DNA of 64,000 bases from Tubulanus polymorphus (taxonomy: Eukaryota > Animalia > Nemertea): contig NC_134031.1 of assembly GCF_964204645.1 (NCBI RefSeq), forward strand, positions 15,239,807-15,303,806. Direction: 5' to 3'. The translations under genes were made by a program, and so were the position numbers. Under the pieces are notes generated by a model that was not told the DNA's origin, did no database searches, and saw nothing but the letters and a program-made list of their open reading frames with translations. Positions 12,901 through 28,700 of the stretch are shown piece after piece. Each line of letters opens with the position of its first letter. The stretch's first letter is position 1.

Positions 12901-15900
12901 TCTGAATATTTGAACGTATTGAGGACAGTGAGGGGCGAAATCTTTTACAGCCCATGATCTCAATATAGTATGCTGATCCTGTAATAGCAGAAGCAACGTA
13001 TCAGAAATATACTCTCGAAACTGCTACTTTCTACTTTCAGCTAACGGAGGGGGCACTTACCGCCGCTGTACGATCTGCATAATTTCTTGCTGCCAAAATA
13101 AAACAAGCTTCCGCATCTTGCATCCTGCGCAAACAAATATAACCGATCACTAGGGGTTAGAGGTCGATGTGAAGGGAGTGGGGGGAGAGGCGGGGTACGT
13201 ACCTGCACCGAGTGAGGTCCGAATCTTTTAAAGCCGATCCTTGAATATAAATCACACGTTGAGACCAAATGGGAACTTGTAAAATCATCTTCATCGTAGG
13301 ATCCAATTCACACGGCGACAGTAATACAACAAAATAATCCTGAAATCAATCAATCAAACAATCAATGAATCAAACCGATTGATCAATCAAATCGATCGAT
13401 CAATCAATCAATCGATAAATAAATAAATCAACATTACAAATAAATGAATGAATAAATAAATAAATCGATCAATCAAAATCAATCGATCAATCAATCTCAG
13501 ACATATAACATGTGCATGTGATGTGTCTGTAACATGTACATGTGAATATTTACCTGTAATTTCGGATGAGCATAAAATTCATTAAGGAAGTCCATGATAG
13601 TATCAGCGTGAAGCGTAGTAGCACAGACTACGACATGTTTCTCTGTTTGTGCTCGATGACTGCTGTAGGTTCCACCTTGTTTCTGTCTCTCCATCCACGT
13701 GTAAGCTAACGCCTCTAACTATAAACGCAAACACGAAGAGGTAGCCCGGTATGTGGAGGAGGATCGAGGGGGCGGGGGATGAAACGAGACTCACCTGCGT
13801 AGGAAGAACGACTAACGCTGCACAGATCATTATAATCATAAACAAACGACTCGGCCAAATATCTGGATACATATCGCCGTAGCCCACCGTAGAGAACGTT
13901 ACTATTACGAACCAGAAACTATCGAATAAACCCATGTGTTGATTTCCTCCTCTCTGTAAGTGCTGTATTCCGCATACACTAATACAAAAACAAAAATACA
14001 CAAGTTACATTTATATCTACTATGATATCGCGAACACATTGCTACATGTTCACGTCACATGTATAACTACATGTTCATGTCACATGTATAACTACATGTT
14101 CATGTCACATGTATAATTACATGTTCATGTCACATGAATTACCACATGTTCATGTTACATGCATTGTTACATGTTCATGTCACATGTATAACGACATGTT
14201 CATGTCACATGTATTACTATATGTACATGTTACATGCACTGCTACATGTTCAAGTAACATGTAGTTAGTACATGTCTGTTAATACACTGTGTATTTACAG
14301 ACAAAATACACACATTACATTCAACAATAATATCAAAAACACGTTGCTACATGTTCATGTCACATGTTCATGTCACATGTTATTAGTTACCTGGTAAAGA
14401 CTATACATATTAATGTAGCCATTAAAAGGAGTATTTGTTGAGACAGAGCTGACTGAGATTTCTGCATCACTCGATGAAGATCATTCTGCAAACGATAAAA
14501 CAACAATCGATTGTAAACAGCTGATAGACAGGCAGTTGCCGCGGAAACCAATTCCGCTACATTTAACATCTGCGTGAAAAATCTGGTTTGATAAAAGAAG
14601 CTGCCGCCGGGGGCAGAGAATAGAGACACTCATCATCCTTTATACAATCACGATAAAGGAAATGCTGTAGGGTAGAAGGAATACGAGGTCACGCGTGCTG
14701 TGGTAGGGGTAAGAGGAAACCGAGGTCACGTGTTCTGTGGTAGGGGTAAGAGGAAACCGAGGTCACGTGTTCTGTGGTAGGGGTAAGAGGAAGCCGAGGT
14801 CACGTGTTCTGTGGTAGGGGTAAGAGGAGACCGAGGTCACGCGTGCTGTGGTAGGGGTAAGAGGAAACCAAGTTCATGAATGCTGTGGTAGGAACCGAGG
14901 TCACCAGGCTGTGGTACTGAGGTAGGGGTAAGAGGAAACAGAGGTAACATGTTCTGTGGTAGGGGTAAGAGGAAACAGAGGTCACATGTTCTGTGGTAGG
15001 GGTAAGAGGAAACAGAGGTAACATGTTCTGTGGTAGGAGTAAGAGGAAACAGAGTCATGCGTGCTGTGGTAGGGGTAAGAGGAAACAGAGTCATGCGTGC
15101 TGTGGTAGGGGTAAGAGGAAACAGAGGTCACATGTTCTGTGGTAGGGGTAAGAGGAAACAGAGGTAACATGTTCTGTGGTAGGGGTAAGAGGAAACAGAG
15201 GTCACATATTCTGCGGTAGGAGTAAGAGGAAACAGAGTCATGCGTGCTGTGGTAGGGGTAAGAGGAAACAGAGTCATGCGTGCTGTGGTAGGGGAAAGAG
15301 GAAACAGAGGTCACATGTTCTGTGGTAGGGGTAAGAGGAAACAGAGGTCACATGTTCTGTGGTAGGGGTAAGAGGAAACAGAGGTCACATATTCTGCGGT
15401 AGGAGTAAGAGGAAACAGAGTCATGCGTGCTGTGGTAGGAGTAAGAGGAAACAGAGTCATGCCTGCTGTGGTAGGGGTAAGAAGAAACAGAGTCATGCGT
15501 GCTATGGTAGGAGTAAGAGGAAACAGAGTCACGCGTGCTGTGGTAGGGGTAAGAGGAAACAGAGTCACGCGTGCTGTGGTAGGAGTAAAAGGAAACAGAG
15601 TCACGCGTGGTGTGGTAGGGGAAAGAGGAAACAGAGGTCACATGTTCTGTGGTAGGAGTAAGAGGAAACAGAGGTAACATGTTCTGCGGTAGGGGTAAGA
15701 GGAAACCGAGGTCATTGCTTGCTGTGGTAGATGTAAGACAAAACCGAGGTCACACACCGCGGCAGTGATAAGTCAGCAGTAAGCTGATTACTGTGATAAA
15801 CAGCTTATCACCGATACAACTGAGAACAAAGTTATTAATTTGCTCGCGTGACGAGACGTCGTATTAGATACTGTACTGGTTCCCGTTCGTCCCTCGGTGA

Positions 15901-18900
15901 ATCAGTAAAAGTTGTCGCGTGACGCTCGCATTATTATCACCACGGTGACAGCAGTAACAATGTCATCAACTCTCTTGTTTAAAACTAATCATCGCATTAT
16001 GAATTATGTCTATCGACTACAGCTGACGTTTCTCTAAATGACAGACGCAATAATAAACCGAGCATGCAGACACGAGGGGCGCGGGGAGGGGAGTGGGGGA
16101 GGGGAGCGAGGCGCACAGTATATCGGAGTGAAATGTAATATTGTTAAAGATGTTATTTCAAAGAAACAGTAGAAATATTGACCGAGCTTGTTTCTCTGTA
16201 ACAGTGCGCAGCAGTAAGCTTTACGCCGTCAATGCAGTAGGAATAACTAGTGTGTGATATTAAAAACAAGTGAGGCATGAATATCGTGAAGTATCAGGTG
16301 AAATAATTGAGAGGAGGCAGGATGGAGGAGGGGGATGTCATCTGATGTTTCACTGATCTACACACTAACCCTGACACAAATATTCATACTTACCAACATA
16401 TTTTCTAAGGCACTCTTAGCTAACCAGCAGTTGAGAAAAACAGGAATGAACAAACATCGTAATGGAAAATGGATTATCTAAAAATACAAATAATACAATG
16501 TGTAGAATGTACAAGTACTTACTGTAACTAATTGTGTACATATTGTAACTTTTTGTGCGAAAGAACTTACTATAACTAATTACGTTAAAGTACATACTGT
16601 AACTAATTACATACAAATATCTACTGTAAATAATTGTACACAAGTACTTGTAACTTTTTGAGCGAAAGTCCTTACTGTAACTAATTACGTTAAAGTACCT
16701 ACTGTAACTAATTACAGACAAGTATCTACTGTAAACAATTGTACACAAGAACTTGTAACTTTTTGTGCAATAGCACTAACTGTAACTAATTATGTAAAAG
16801 TACTTACAGTTACTAAGAATGGCACAGTGTTGATTAATTCTAATATAAATCCAGGCATCAAAACTTGCTGAAGAATATTGCCCTAAAACATAAATAATCA
16901 TATAAGCGCCACCTGCAGGATGAACCGGTAATTTATGATGGTTATGCGTTCATGAAGCCGTATTTGCTGGTGAAATTAGTGAATATTATAGTTAGTGTGT
17001 TCTGTAGATGTAGGGTCTCACTGCGCTTGTCGGGGTCCGGTGGGATTGAGTTTATTACTAGTAAATTAGAGTAATACGTGTTATCAGTCGACATACACAG
17101 GTAATGTAGGGTTATTTATGAGTGTAATTGGGTAATGTTAGTGTCTGTGAACAATGTCTCGAGGGGATCGGTGAAAGAGAGAGAGCGGGTACCACTCAGT
17201 CAATAACTGATGATTTATGTAAACACAACTCAATCAAACATTGACATTGTCACAGACACACAGATCATTCATACTGATTGATCCACTAGACGTACAAGTC
17301 GCCAGCGCTCGAATCTCGCAGCCGTTCAGGGACAGATCCAGGGGGTTCCGAGGGTTCTGGAATAACTTGTCTGTGCCCCTTGGAGATGCCCATAAATCCA
17401 TGGATTTGACATATAAGCAAACTCGTTTTGTATGATTTGGCGCAGTAAGTGCCCCTGAAAACCACAAGTTTGATGTTAAGTGCCCTTTTTTGCCATGATT
17501 TGACATAGAAAGTGCTCCCCCCATAAAAGTGAGTGCCCTTAAACAATTCAATTACAAGATAGGGCCATGGATCCAGCACTGTTGTTTGAATGGAGTTCCA
17601 TTCATTATACGAGGATTTAACGACATCGACGAATTCAATATCTTGCATCGATATCTCGCAGCTGTTCGAACTGAGTTTAATTCATTATCCGCGGATTTAA
17701 TGACGGATACAAACCTTATAACTGAGATACGCGACTAACATAGTTTCGATGAGGCTGACAGCGGCGACTGTCACCTGAACAACCCATAACCAATCGGGAC
17801 GCTGTACATACGAAACCAGAGACCTGTGAAGATATATTCAAACGTGATTTAAACATTATACAACAAGGGGAGTAGAGGGGAGTAGAGGGGAAGGAAGTAG
17901 AGGGGAGTAGAAGGGAGGGAAGTAGAGGGGAGTAGCAGGGAGGGAAGTAGAGGGGAGGGAAGTAGAGGGGAGGGAAGTAGAGGGGAGGGAAGTAGAGGGG
18001 AGTAGCAGGGAGGGAAGTAGAGGGGAGGGAAGTAGAGGGGAGGGAAGTAGAGGGGAGGGAAGTAGAGGGGAGTAGCAGGGAGGGAAGTAGAGGGGAGGGA
18101 AGTAGAGGGGAGTAGAGGGGAGGGAAGTAGAGGGGAGTAGAGGGGAGGGAAGTAGAGGGGAGTAGCAGGGAGGGAATAGAGGGGAGGGAAGTAGAGGGAA
18201 GGGAAGTAGAGGGAAGGGAAGTAGAGGGGAGGGAAGTAGAGGGGAGTAGAGGGGAGGGAAGTAGAGGGGAGTAGAGGGGAGGGAAGTAGAGGGGAGGGAA
18301 GTAGAGGGGAGAAGAAGGGAGGGAAGTAGAGGGGAGTAGCAGGGAGGGAATAGAGGGGAGGGAAGTAGAGGGAAGGGAAGTAGAGGGAAGGGAAGTAGAG
18401 GGGAGGGAAGTAGAGGGGAGTAGAGGGAGGGAAGTAGAGGGGAGTAGCAGGGAGGGAAGTAGAGGGGAGGGAAGTAGAGGGGAGTAGAGGGGAGGGAAGT
18501 AGAGGGGAGTAGAGGGGAGGGAAGTAGAGGGGAGTAGCAGGGAGGGAAGTAGAGGGGAGTAAAGGGGAGGGAGTAGCGGGGAGGGGAGTAGAGGGGAGGG
18601 GAGGGTGATCAACTTACCAGTGTATCTCCGCTTTCTGTAGACATTTTGTGTCATCAATGTTTTCCCACGTGTGATTGTGACAGACATTACACATACTGTA
18701 AAAACGATCGGGTTATCTAGTTTATCCGCGATAAGAGAGACTTCCTTCCCTAACCCAGCCCCGCAGCCGGCACCAACCCCTCGCACCCGGCACATCCAAT
18801 ACTCACCAAACTTCTCCATCTTTTTTGTTCAGATCATCGAGTACGACCCGTACGACGTAGAGAATACAAGTTAATAGTTTTATCACTAGATTGAATATTC

Positions 18901-21900
18901 GTATTCTTAGACCTGAAATATTTGAATAAAACGCTGTTAAGCCGAGTGAAGATATTTCTTTGTTGTTAAATAGATTACGATTTAACTTACTTGATCTCTG
19001 GTTTTTTATGAAGTAAAGTTGTAGACGTTCTTTAAAAGATCGTTCATTTGTAAAAAATTCTACCCTGACTCTGAAAATAGATCACACACAGAGTCATGGA
19101 TAGATATCGCTTGTGTCTTAGACTGGGTCATCAGGATACTGAATACCAGGTGCTGGATACTGTTGTTACTCCTCCCACAAAAACTGGCCCACCTGCAAAC
19201 TCTCATTTCCCTCAGTATCCAGTCAACTGGAAAAAAAACATGTCCCGATCACAACAGAGAGTAGATATATCGCGATTATACCTGGATGTATCATAACTAC
19301 ACCCAGACATCTCGATTACTCCCTGATATATCTCGATTACACCTGGATATATCAAATTACACCTGGATATATCATAATTACACCCAGATATCTCGATCAC
19401 TCCCGATATATCTTGATCACCCCTTGATATATCCCGATTATACCTGGATGTATCATAATTACTCCCAGACATCTCAATTACTCCCTGATATATCTCGATT
19501 AGACCTGGATATATCATAATTACACCTGGATATATCATAATTACACCCAAATATCTCGATTACTCCCGAAAATATCTCAATCACCCCTTGATATATCTCG
19601 ATTACACCTGGATATATCATAATTACACCTGGATATATCATGATTACACCCAGATCTCGATTACTCCCGCATATATCTCAATTACATCCTGATATATCAC
19701 GATTTCTCCCATATATATCTCAATTTCTCCCGGATATATCACGATTTCTCGCGGATACATCTCGATTTCTCTCGGATATATCTCGATTTCTCCCGGATAT
19801 ATCTCGATTTCTCTCGGATATAACTCGATTTCTCCCGGATATATCTCGATTTCTCCCGGATAATCTCGATTCTCCCGGATATATCTCAATTACATCCTGA
19901 TATATCACGATTTCTTCCATATATATCTCAATTTCTCCAGGATATATCACGATTTCTCGCGGATACATCTCGATTTCTCTCGGATATATCTCGATTTCTC
20001 CCGGCTATATCTCGATTTCTCTCGGATATATGTCGAAAGAGGCATCGAGGAGGGGGACGATATCTGTTCACACATAAGTCACTCATTGTTACCATGACAA
20101 TAAATCTAATGATTTAATTCTAGGATTAACTTAGATACGCAGGTGATAACGCGACTAATCCGACGAGACAATCCCGTTTATAGATTAGCTAATTACGAGA
20201 AACAATTTATACAATTAGCCGAATAATATCGAAATTGGAACTTCTGTCGAGGCCGCGCTGGCATTCTGTCTAACTGTACTTCATGATGCGACGCTAATAG
20301 AATTATTTCAATAAAATCCAAGTCAATGGTTGTTAAACAGTTTACTGAAGCGGTTTTAGCGATGAATAAAACATTTATTCAACGACGCCGACGACGAAGT
20401 TTATTGAATTCAAATCACATTCCACTCAATTAAAACTCTCTCTATATTTCATGTCGAGCAACGCTGGGAAATCTGCAAGCTGTAAATTAATCTATAAAAC
20501 CAGACGCTACTAACAACTTACTTATCGGAAGTGGTAGCTGACTTTCGGGGATTTATATGCTAGCTTACTTATGGAGATCTGAACAGTAGCCCACTTAGGA
20601 GGTTAATAGGAGGTTAACGGATACTTCTAAGAAGGAGGTTATGGTAGCTTACTGAGGAGGTCGTTAACGGTATCTTACTGCAGAGGAGGTTAACAGTATT
20701 TTCTTTAGGAGGTTAGCGGTTAGCTTACTTAGTCGGAGGTGGTTAATTGTATCTTATTCAGGAGGTGGTCAACGATATCTTACTGAGGAGGAGGTTAATG
20801 GTATCTTATTTAAGAGCAGTTTAACGGTAACTTATTTTAGGAGGTGGTTTACTACGCTAACTTTCTTAGGAAGTTAATGGTAACTTACTTAGGAGCGGGT
20901 TAACAGTGACTAACTTAGGAGCGGGTAAACAGTGACTTACTTAGGAGCAAGTAAACAGTGACAGCAGGTTTACGGTAACTTACTTAGGAACGGGTTAACG
21001 GTAACTTACTTAGGAGCAGGTACTGTATCAATCTCTTTATTTACAGTAACTTACTTAGGAGGAGGTTAATGGTAACTTACTTAGGAGCAGGTAAACAGTA
21101 ACTTACTTAGCAGCAGGTTAACGGTAACTTACTTAGGAGCGGGTTAACAGTAACTTAGGAGCAGGTTAACGGTAACTTAGGAGCAGGTTAATGGTAACTT
21201 ACTTAGGAGTAGGTAAACAGTGACTTACTTAGCAGCAGGTTAACGGTAACTTACTTAGGAGCGGGTTAATGGTAACTTACTTAGGAGGAGGTGGTACTGT
21301 ATCAATCTCTTTATTTACGGTAACTATACCAGTTCTATCATCAATGTCGTACGCGAATGATTTAAACGTCTTTTTCTCTTTCATTACAAAAATTACTGCA
21401 AATCAAAAATTCATTCTTCGCAATCGAAAACGAAACAAATATATCTCGAATTCTCACACGAAAAGCACCAAGCTTGCTGATACCACAGACGCGCAGACCC
21501 TGACGTTAACTCTGACCTCCCCGCACACAGTGAGTTATTTATAGTCTATAGCCTACCTTAGTCTCTCTCTCTACCCCTAATAAAACAGTATTCCTACAAA
21601 TCATCGAATCACCAGCTGTCTCCCCTCAAACTCCGAGGTATAACACATTCGATTCATCAATCTCAATCTCCGATCCCTCCTCCCCACTCCTCCCTTGTAA
21701 CACTTGTCAGATAACTGTTCAATTTGACACATCGATTCCGATGAAATGATGAATGATTTTCGAGAAGAAAGAGTCGACTTTTTAACAGATACATTTATAG
21801 ATTATTCATAAAATTGTAAACCTGAATCTATGCGATTGATAAAAAAAACCCATAAATTACAGCAGCAGAAGCAGCAGCAGAAGCCAGAGAAGAGCAATCA

Positions 21901-24900
21901 AAAACCAATCACATCTGGATTTAGCCTTACTTATCAGTTTCTTATCAGTAGTGTAGCCATACACAGACTAAAAGTGAACCAGCAGTAATGCCGAACCAGC
22001 CATAACGCTGAACCAGCCATAACGCTGAACCAGCGGTAACACTGAACTAGTGGTAACATTGAACCAGCGGTAACACTGAACTAGTGGTAAAATTGAACCA
22101 GCGGTAACACTGAACTAGTGGTAACGCTGAACCAGCGGTAATGTTGAACCAGCGGTAACATTGAACCAGCCATAACGCTGAACCAGCGGTAACACTGAAC
22201 CAGCCATAACGCTGAACCAGCGGTTACACTGAACTAGTGGTAACATTGAACCAGCGGTAACACTGAACTAGTGGTAACGCTGAACCAGCGGTAATGTTGA
22301 ACCAGCGGTAACATTGAACCGGCGGTAACACTGAACTAATGTTAACGCTGAACCAGCGGTAATGTTGAACCAGCGGTAACATTGAACCGGCGGTAACACT
22401 GAACTAATGGTAACGCTGAACCAGCGGTAATGTTGAACCAGCGGTAACATTGAACCGGCGGTAACACTGAACTAATGTTAACGCTGAACCAGCGGTAATG
22501 TTGAACCAGCGGTAACATTGAACCAGCGGTAACACTGAACTAATGGTAACGCTGAACCAGCGGTAATGTTGAACCAGCGGTAACATTGAACCAGCAGTAA
22601 CATTGAACCAGTGGCAATGTTGAACCCGAAGTAACATTGAACCAGCGGTAACGTTGAACCAGCGGTAACGTTGAACCAGCGGTAACGTTGAACCAGCGGT
22701 AACGTTGAACCAGCGGTAACGTTGAACCAGTAGTAACATTGAGCCAGCAATAAGGTTACTCAAAGGTTACTGGCCAAACCCCTCAATATCTGTTACCAGG
22801 GTAACAGATTGTACTATTGAGACGATTCATTTTTACCGATAAAAATCATATTTTTAACATCGGATCAATTCTCACCATTCATTCATATTTCTATCAACGA
22901 AATGTGTCGATATGCCGGGCAATAATAGCACTCGGTTTCCATGGCAACTGGATTAAAACGGACAAACTTAAAAAGTGCATGAGAGAGAAGAGAGAGAATA
23001 TCGAGGTTTTTAATAATGACGAACTGAATGAATCAAAGCTGACAGGAGGAAGGAGGTGTATAGACCAGACTGTAACCCCTCGGGTGGCCGGCCAGGGGAG
23101 GCACGGGTTGGGGGTATAACCCGGTATGATAGGTCGAACGCATAGCTAGCAGCAATGTAACCATGGTTACAGTATCTTAGCTAATCGTGTTGTGTTTGTT
23201 TTTTATTGTGTTGTATGTATTGAGTGGCGAGAGTGAGTGGTGAGAGTGGTATTAAGAGTGAATGGTAAGAAAGAGTACAGCGGTGCCCGGGACTATCCGA
23301 GGAGTGGGAAGCCGGTACAGCAGTGCCCCACGGGGGTGCCCGGAACACGTAAGTGGTGTCCTAGGACTCGGAAGCCGGTGTTAGCAATTCTGAATTATTC
23401 ATTTTGATTCATGTTTAATCTATGACATTAAATCTATTTGATTCTGTACAACATGAGAAACTTTTAATTGTAATTTGTCAATAGCGTGCGCTTAGTACGT
23501 AACAGACGAACCCTTGGGGAGAGCCCTCTAACCACCAGGTGTCTCTGTAGAGAATAATTAATTACGACTTAAGTAATAAAACTGTGGTTTATGTTTACAT
23601 GAAACTTGTTACATTTTACATCATTTGTATTCATGCGAATGAAGGCAGCACGCACCAGCAGCATCAGCACCAGCAGCATCAGCGTCAGTGTCAGCAGCGC
23701 ATAGTGTCACACACAACTCCTAGCACTAGGAGACTAATAACAGCAGCCCCCTACCTCATAGACTACCCCCTCATTCCCTCTCACCCCTCAAAGACTACTC
23801 CCCTCGCCCCTCACAGACTACTCCCCTCGCCTCTCACAGACTATGACCCTCACCCCTCATAGAAACTAACCCCTCATTCCCGCAGAGACTACCCCTCACC
23901 CTTCAGACTCACCTCAGCCCTCAGAGACAAAGCCCCTCCCCCCTCATAGATTCCCCTTCATTCCTTCATAGAGACAAACCCCTCATTCCCCCAATGATTA
24001 TTAGACACCTCATTATGATGTCGAACGTGAATCTGAAGCAACTGCAGCGAAACATGTTTTGAAAACACGGCTGCAAGTTTCCACTTCAACACGTTTTACT
24101 TGAAATTGCTTTTAACCTCTCTCCCTCTCCTCTCACTGCTCTTTCTCCCCCTCTCTTTCTTTCTCTGCTATCTCTCTCTCTCTCTTCTCACTGTTCTATC
24201 TCTCTCTCTCTTCCTCCTCTCACTGCTCTCTTCTCTCCCTCTCTCTCTCTCTTCTCACTGCTCTATCTCCCTCTCTCTTCTCACTGGTCTCTTCTCTCCC
24301 TCTCTCTCTCTCTCTTCTCACTGTTCTATCTCTCTCTCTCTTCCTCCTCTCACTGCTCTCTTCTCTCCCTCTCTCTCTCTCTTCTCACTGCTCTATCTAA
24401 TTGATATAAAATGCGACCATTCTTGAAATAAAGGAAGAAACCAACGAATATAATTGATTCATGCTTGTTTTCTTGCATCGCCTCAAGAAGGAGATAATGT
24501 GCTCGGCCGTAGCGGTAGCTGTAGCTGCTGCTTCTGATTGTTGTACACTAAAAATATGTGATTTCGATCATTTTTTAGCAATAAAAACTATGAAAACTTT
24601 TACACGATTGATTTTGATATGAAGAAAGATGATTGTTCCTACAAATGTGGGGAGGTGTAGCTGGATGGAGGAGCACCGTTAACAAGCGTTTGACGTTAAT
24701 CAATAAGTGCAACTGTTGGAACAGTTGCTATTAGCGATAAACATTGTTAATTATCATGAACAATTAACTAATGAAACGCAACATTTAACTTTAATTTCAC
24801 TCGATCAAAACATCAGAGCTTCACATGTAACCTGCTCAAAACGGCGAGGTTTTCTCACAGAATGAACCCTTCAATTACTGAAATAGAACCTGCTCAAAAC

Positions 24901-25699
24901 AGCGAGGTTTATCACAGAATGAACCCTTCAATTACTGAAAAAGAACCTGCTCAAAACAGCGAGGTTCATCACAGAATGAACCCTTCAATTACTGAAATAT
25001 AAACTGCTCAAAACAGCGAGGTTCATCACAGAATGAACCCTTCAAGTACTGAAATATAAACTGCTCAAAACAGCGAGGTTCACCACAGAATGAACCCTTC
25101 AATTAATGAAATATAAATTGCTCATAATAGCGAAGTTCATCACAGAATGAACCCTTCAATTACTGAAATATAAACTGCTCAAAACAGCGAGGTTCATCAC
25201 AGAATGAACCCTTCAACTACTGAAATATAAACTGCTCAAAACAGTGAGGTTCACCACAGAATGAACCCTTCAAGTACTGAAATATAAACTGCTCAAAACA
25301 GCGAGGTTCACCACAGAATGAACCCTTCAATTAATGAAATATAAATTGCTCATAATAGCGAGGTTCATCACAGAATGAACCCTTCAATTGCCCCAGTAGA
25401 AACCGCTCAATATAGTGAGGTTCATCGCAGAATGAACCCTTCAAAAATGAAACCTTCAATTACTGCTGTAGAACCCACTCAAAATAATGAGGTTCATCAC
25501 AGAGTGAACCCTTTAAGAATAAATAAACCCTTCAATTCCTGCAGTAGAACCCAGTGTATAATGCTGTCATTGAGAAGTGTATCGGAATGCAATTTGGGTG
25601 TTGTCAGTTTAAAACCATTACAAATTGCTAACTACGGAATATTTAAACATACGCAATATAAAACTCTTCATGTGAAATAAGATCAAAGAATAAACACGC

Positions 25700-25730
<31 letters not shown>

Positions 25731-28700
25731 AGCCTAGAGACCCTTAAAACCATAAAACCCTCTCAGGGACCCTCACTTAACTATACAGCAGTACATCTAT
25801 GTACTTCAAGTTAGAGGAAAAATATAGATTATTTTTTTTTCTATCAACCCGACATGAATCGATAAACAGTTCCATCTCTCTCCTCTCACTGTATCTATCC
25901 TTGAGGGGGAATTTAAGGTTTATTTTTACAAACAGCGATCTCGGATTTCAAAACCTTAAACCGCACAAAAAATCCAATTTCATATTTCACAGACAGACAG
26001 ACAGGGAGATGGTGCCAGGGTCCGGTAAAGGGTGGAGTTATTCGTTCTAGAATACACCAAAACCTGCTCTACCCTCTTTCCCCGCTCACTACCTCTCTAA
26101 CCCTCCACCCCCTCCCACCTGTATAAAGCCTAAATACGCAAGCCTTATATTTGTTCACCTAAAATTCGGCGATATAAAGTTCATTAACACTAGAAATAAA
26201 CATTCATCGATTTATCGTTGCTCTAAAATATACTGCTTTTACTGATGGAAAAACTGCACGAATTTTTTTAAACAAATCTCTATCAAACCCAGATCGAGGG
26301 GGAGGGATGGCGGTGATGGGTAATCAGGAGTTTGATTAGAAACTTGAAACTATAACCGGTATTGTCACTACACTTGACTGATCGCCGCAACTGAACAATC
26401 ATCACGCTAACCACAATCACCACGCTGACCCGACAAACTTACTAACTCAATCAGCGTGGATGGTTTAGCAAGGTTAGGAAGCGAGAGGCCCAGGTTCAAA
26501 TTGCGGAGGGACTCGGGTATCGGGTTACTTAGGGTTATAGATCACCTATGCTTAGGGTTAGACTTCACGATGAAATATTTTCCAGATCTAATTATACTAC
26601 ATCAAATATTCAAAGATTCACCCTTGAAATCTTCCTGGCTATTGGACTATAGACAAACATTCCAAAACACTCACGATTTACATATTCCTAACTTCACGTT
26701 CATCTCATTAAATTTAAACTGTTGTTTCGTTTAAATTGAGTCATCGTTTATCTCTCCAACCTGGGACCTCATCATGCAGCGACGACAACGCTTTTCTCTC
26801 TAACCCGGGACCTCAAAGGGGTGGTTCTTGGAAAACTAAGAGGCCGCCGTCCAGGAGAAAAGAAAAGTCATTTTTGGAAAAAGCCTAACCCGGCACACAT
26901 CTTTGTGATTGATCGTATGATTGCTGCATCGCATGGTTTTATCGCATCATCGTAAAGGTATGCGGTGGCATCCGGAGCCGATTTCATCGCTTCATCGCAA
27001 CAAATCAAACATGATATTTTCGCATGCGATTTTTCCGTGCGATAAAAATCGTAAAGGCGTGCGTGCGGGCTACGCTGCCGATGTTCTGGACTAAAAATTT
27101 TCAGTAGCCAATCAGAATTAAGGTTGGAGCAGTCACATGATGCTCAAAATGGCGGCTCAGTCACGTGATTGAATCCAACTAGAGGCCCTCATAAAAATTG
27201 CTATGCGGGGATGATGCGATTCTAATCATGTCATCGCATGTAATGACACGATGATCGCAAAGGTGTGTGCCGGCTTTACTAGAAGGTCCAACCTAGATAT
27301 TTTTTGATAAGTATATCCAAAAATATGCAATTTCCGAAATAATGGAGTTAAAGAGCTCAAAATTACAGGTTTTAGCCATCTTTGAATTGACGAGGTCTGG
27401 ACCCCTGCAACCATCCCCTATATCCGCCCCTGCCTCACGATGACCTTACTAATGACCTCATCTCCCACATTCCAATCTTCAAACTCTCTCACCGTCTCAG
27501 CTCAGATCCAGTCGACTCAATTTTCTCATTCATTTGAAACCGGAGCATGAAAAACATAATGATACTAACAGATAATCTCGTGTGTATGTTAAACCCGGTG
27601 TATACAAGTTGTATCATACACGCTACTCTAGGTGTGCCCGTTATACTCCGGGAATAGAATACCTCTCCGTTCGTTCGCTGCTGCAGCCAGAATACTTCAA
27701 CTACTACTGAACCCTCACGAAAATAAAAACCACCGCCGGCAAATAACAGCGTTAATAAGTCGCTAAACGCAACAATAAACGGGCGGATCCAGGATTTTGG
27801 ATGAGGGTTAGACATCGGGCGTAGCCTGATCGTGGAAGCACCCCTCCCTGGGGGGTTGGTGGTCTTGGGGCCCTACCCCGGAATATTTTGAAATATGGGA
27901 TGCTGTTTATGCGATTTCCAGGTATCTGAGGACAAAATCCGAGGATTAGGACTCTTACTTTCTTTTCAAGATTTCATGTGCGAATACCCTGAATCCTCTT
28001 AGGGGGGCCCTACCCCAGAAAATTTTGAAATACAGGATATCGTTTTGATTACGATTTCCATGTACCTGCATTAGAGGAAAAATCCAAGGTTTAGGCCACT
28101 TACTAATACTTGCTTTTCAAGATTGCCGGCACGAAAATCTGTCATTTTCAAAACGCATGTCAGCGAAAATAAAGGTGGGGGGGGGTATTATTGTATAACT
28201 GGTTCGCCCCCTCCTAAATTCACCCCTGACTATTAATCATGAATATCTTAAGAGGTTTAAACTTGAACTGAGCACAGAGTATCAGCGGAGTATCTGTGAG
28301 TATCAGCAGAGTATCTGTGAGTATCAGCAAAACAAGAGCTTTTCAAACACGAGAAACACTCGCGCGCCATCGCACACATGCAAACACACTTACCTAATTC
28401 GAGGATTAGAAAAAAATACAAATAAATCCGGATATAAAAATAAAACCTGGCTCAAGATCGACGTGTATATAATCCGGCGAGAATAACGCTTTAATCCGAG
28501 ATTAAATTAACATCGAGATAACCGTCGAGATTTCGTCGTTCGAACGGCCCACGTCTCTAATCGCGACGCGAATGAATCCCGAATAGTTTCGCGACCCCGA
28601 CGAGTTCAACGTAATCCTCATTTATCGCTAGTTTTAATCCGACTTGTTGCGCGTGTTTTGGGCGAGTAAATAACTACAGTAATAGAATCGACTGCGTGTG

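Noticed and set aside
14670-15750. CRISPR-like regular 36/37-bp repeats (also 24830-25530 and 30870-31810)
   Set aside because: Units are contiguous with no unique spacers, there are no cas genes, and the context is a eukaryotic intron.
17716-18819. 367-aa Pro/Ser/Leu ORF
   Set aside because: Mostly the purine-rich repeat read on the minus strand; the real exons inside it use other frames.
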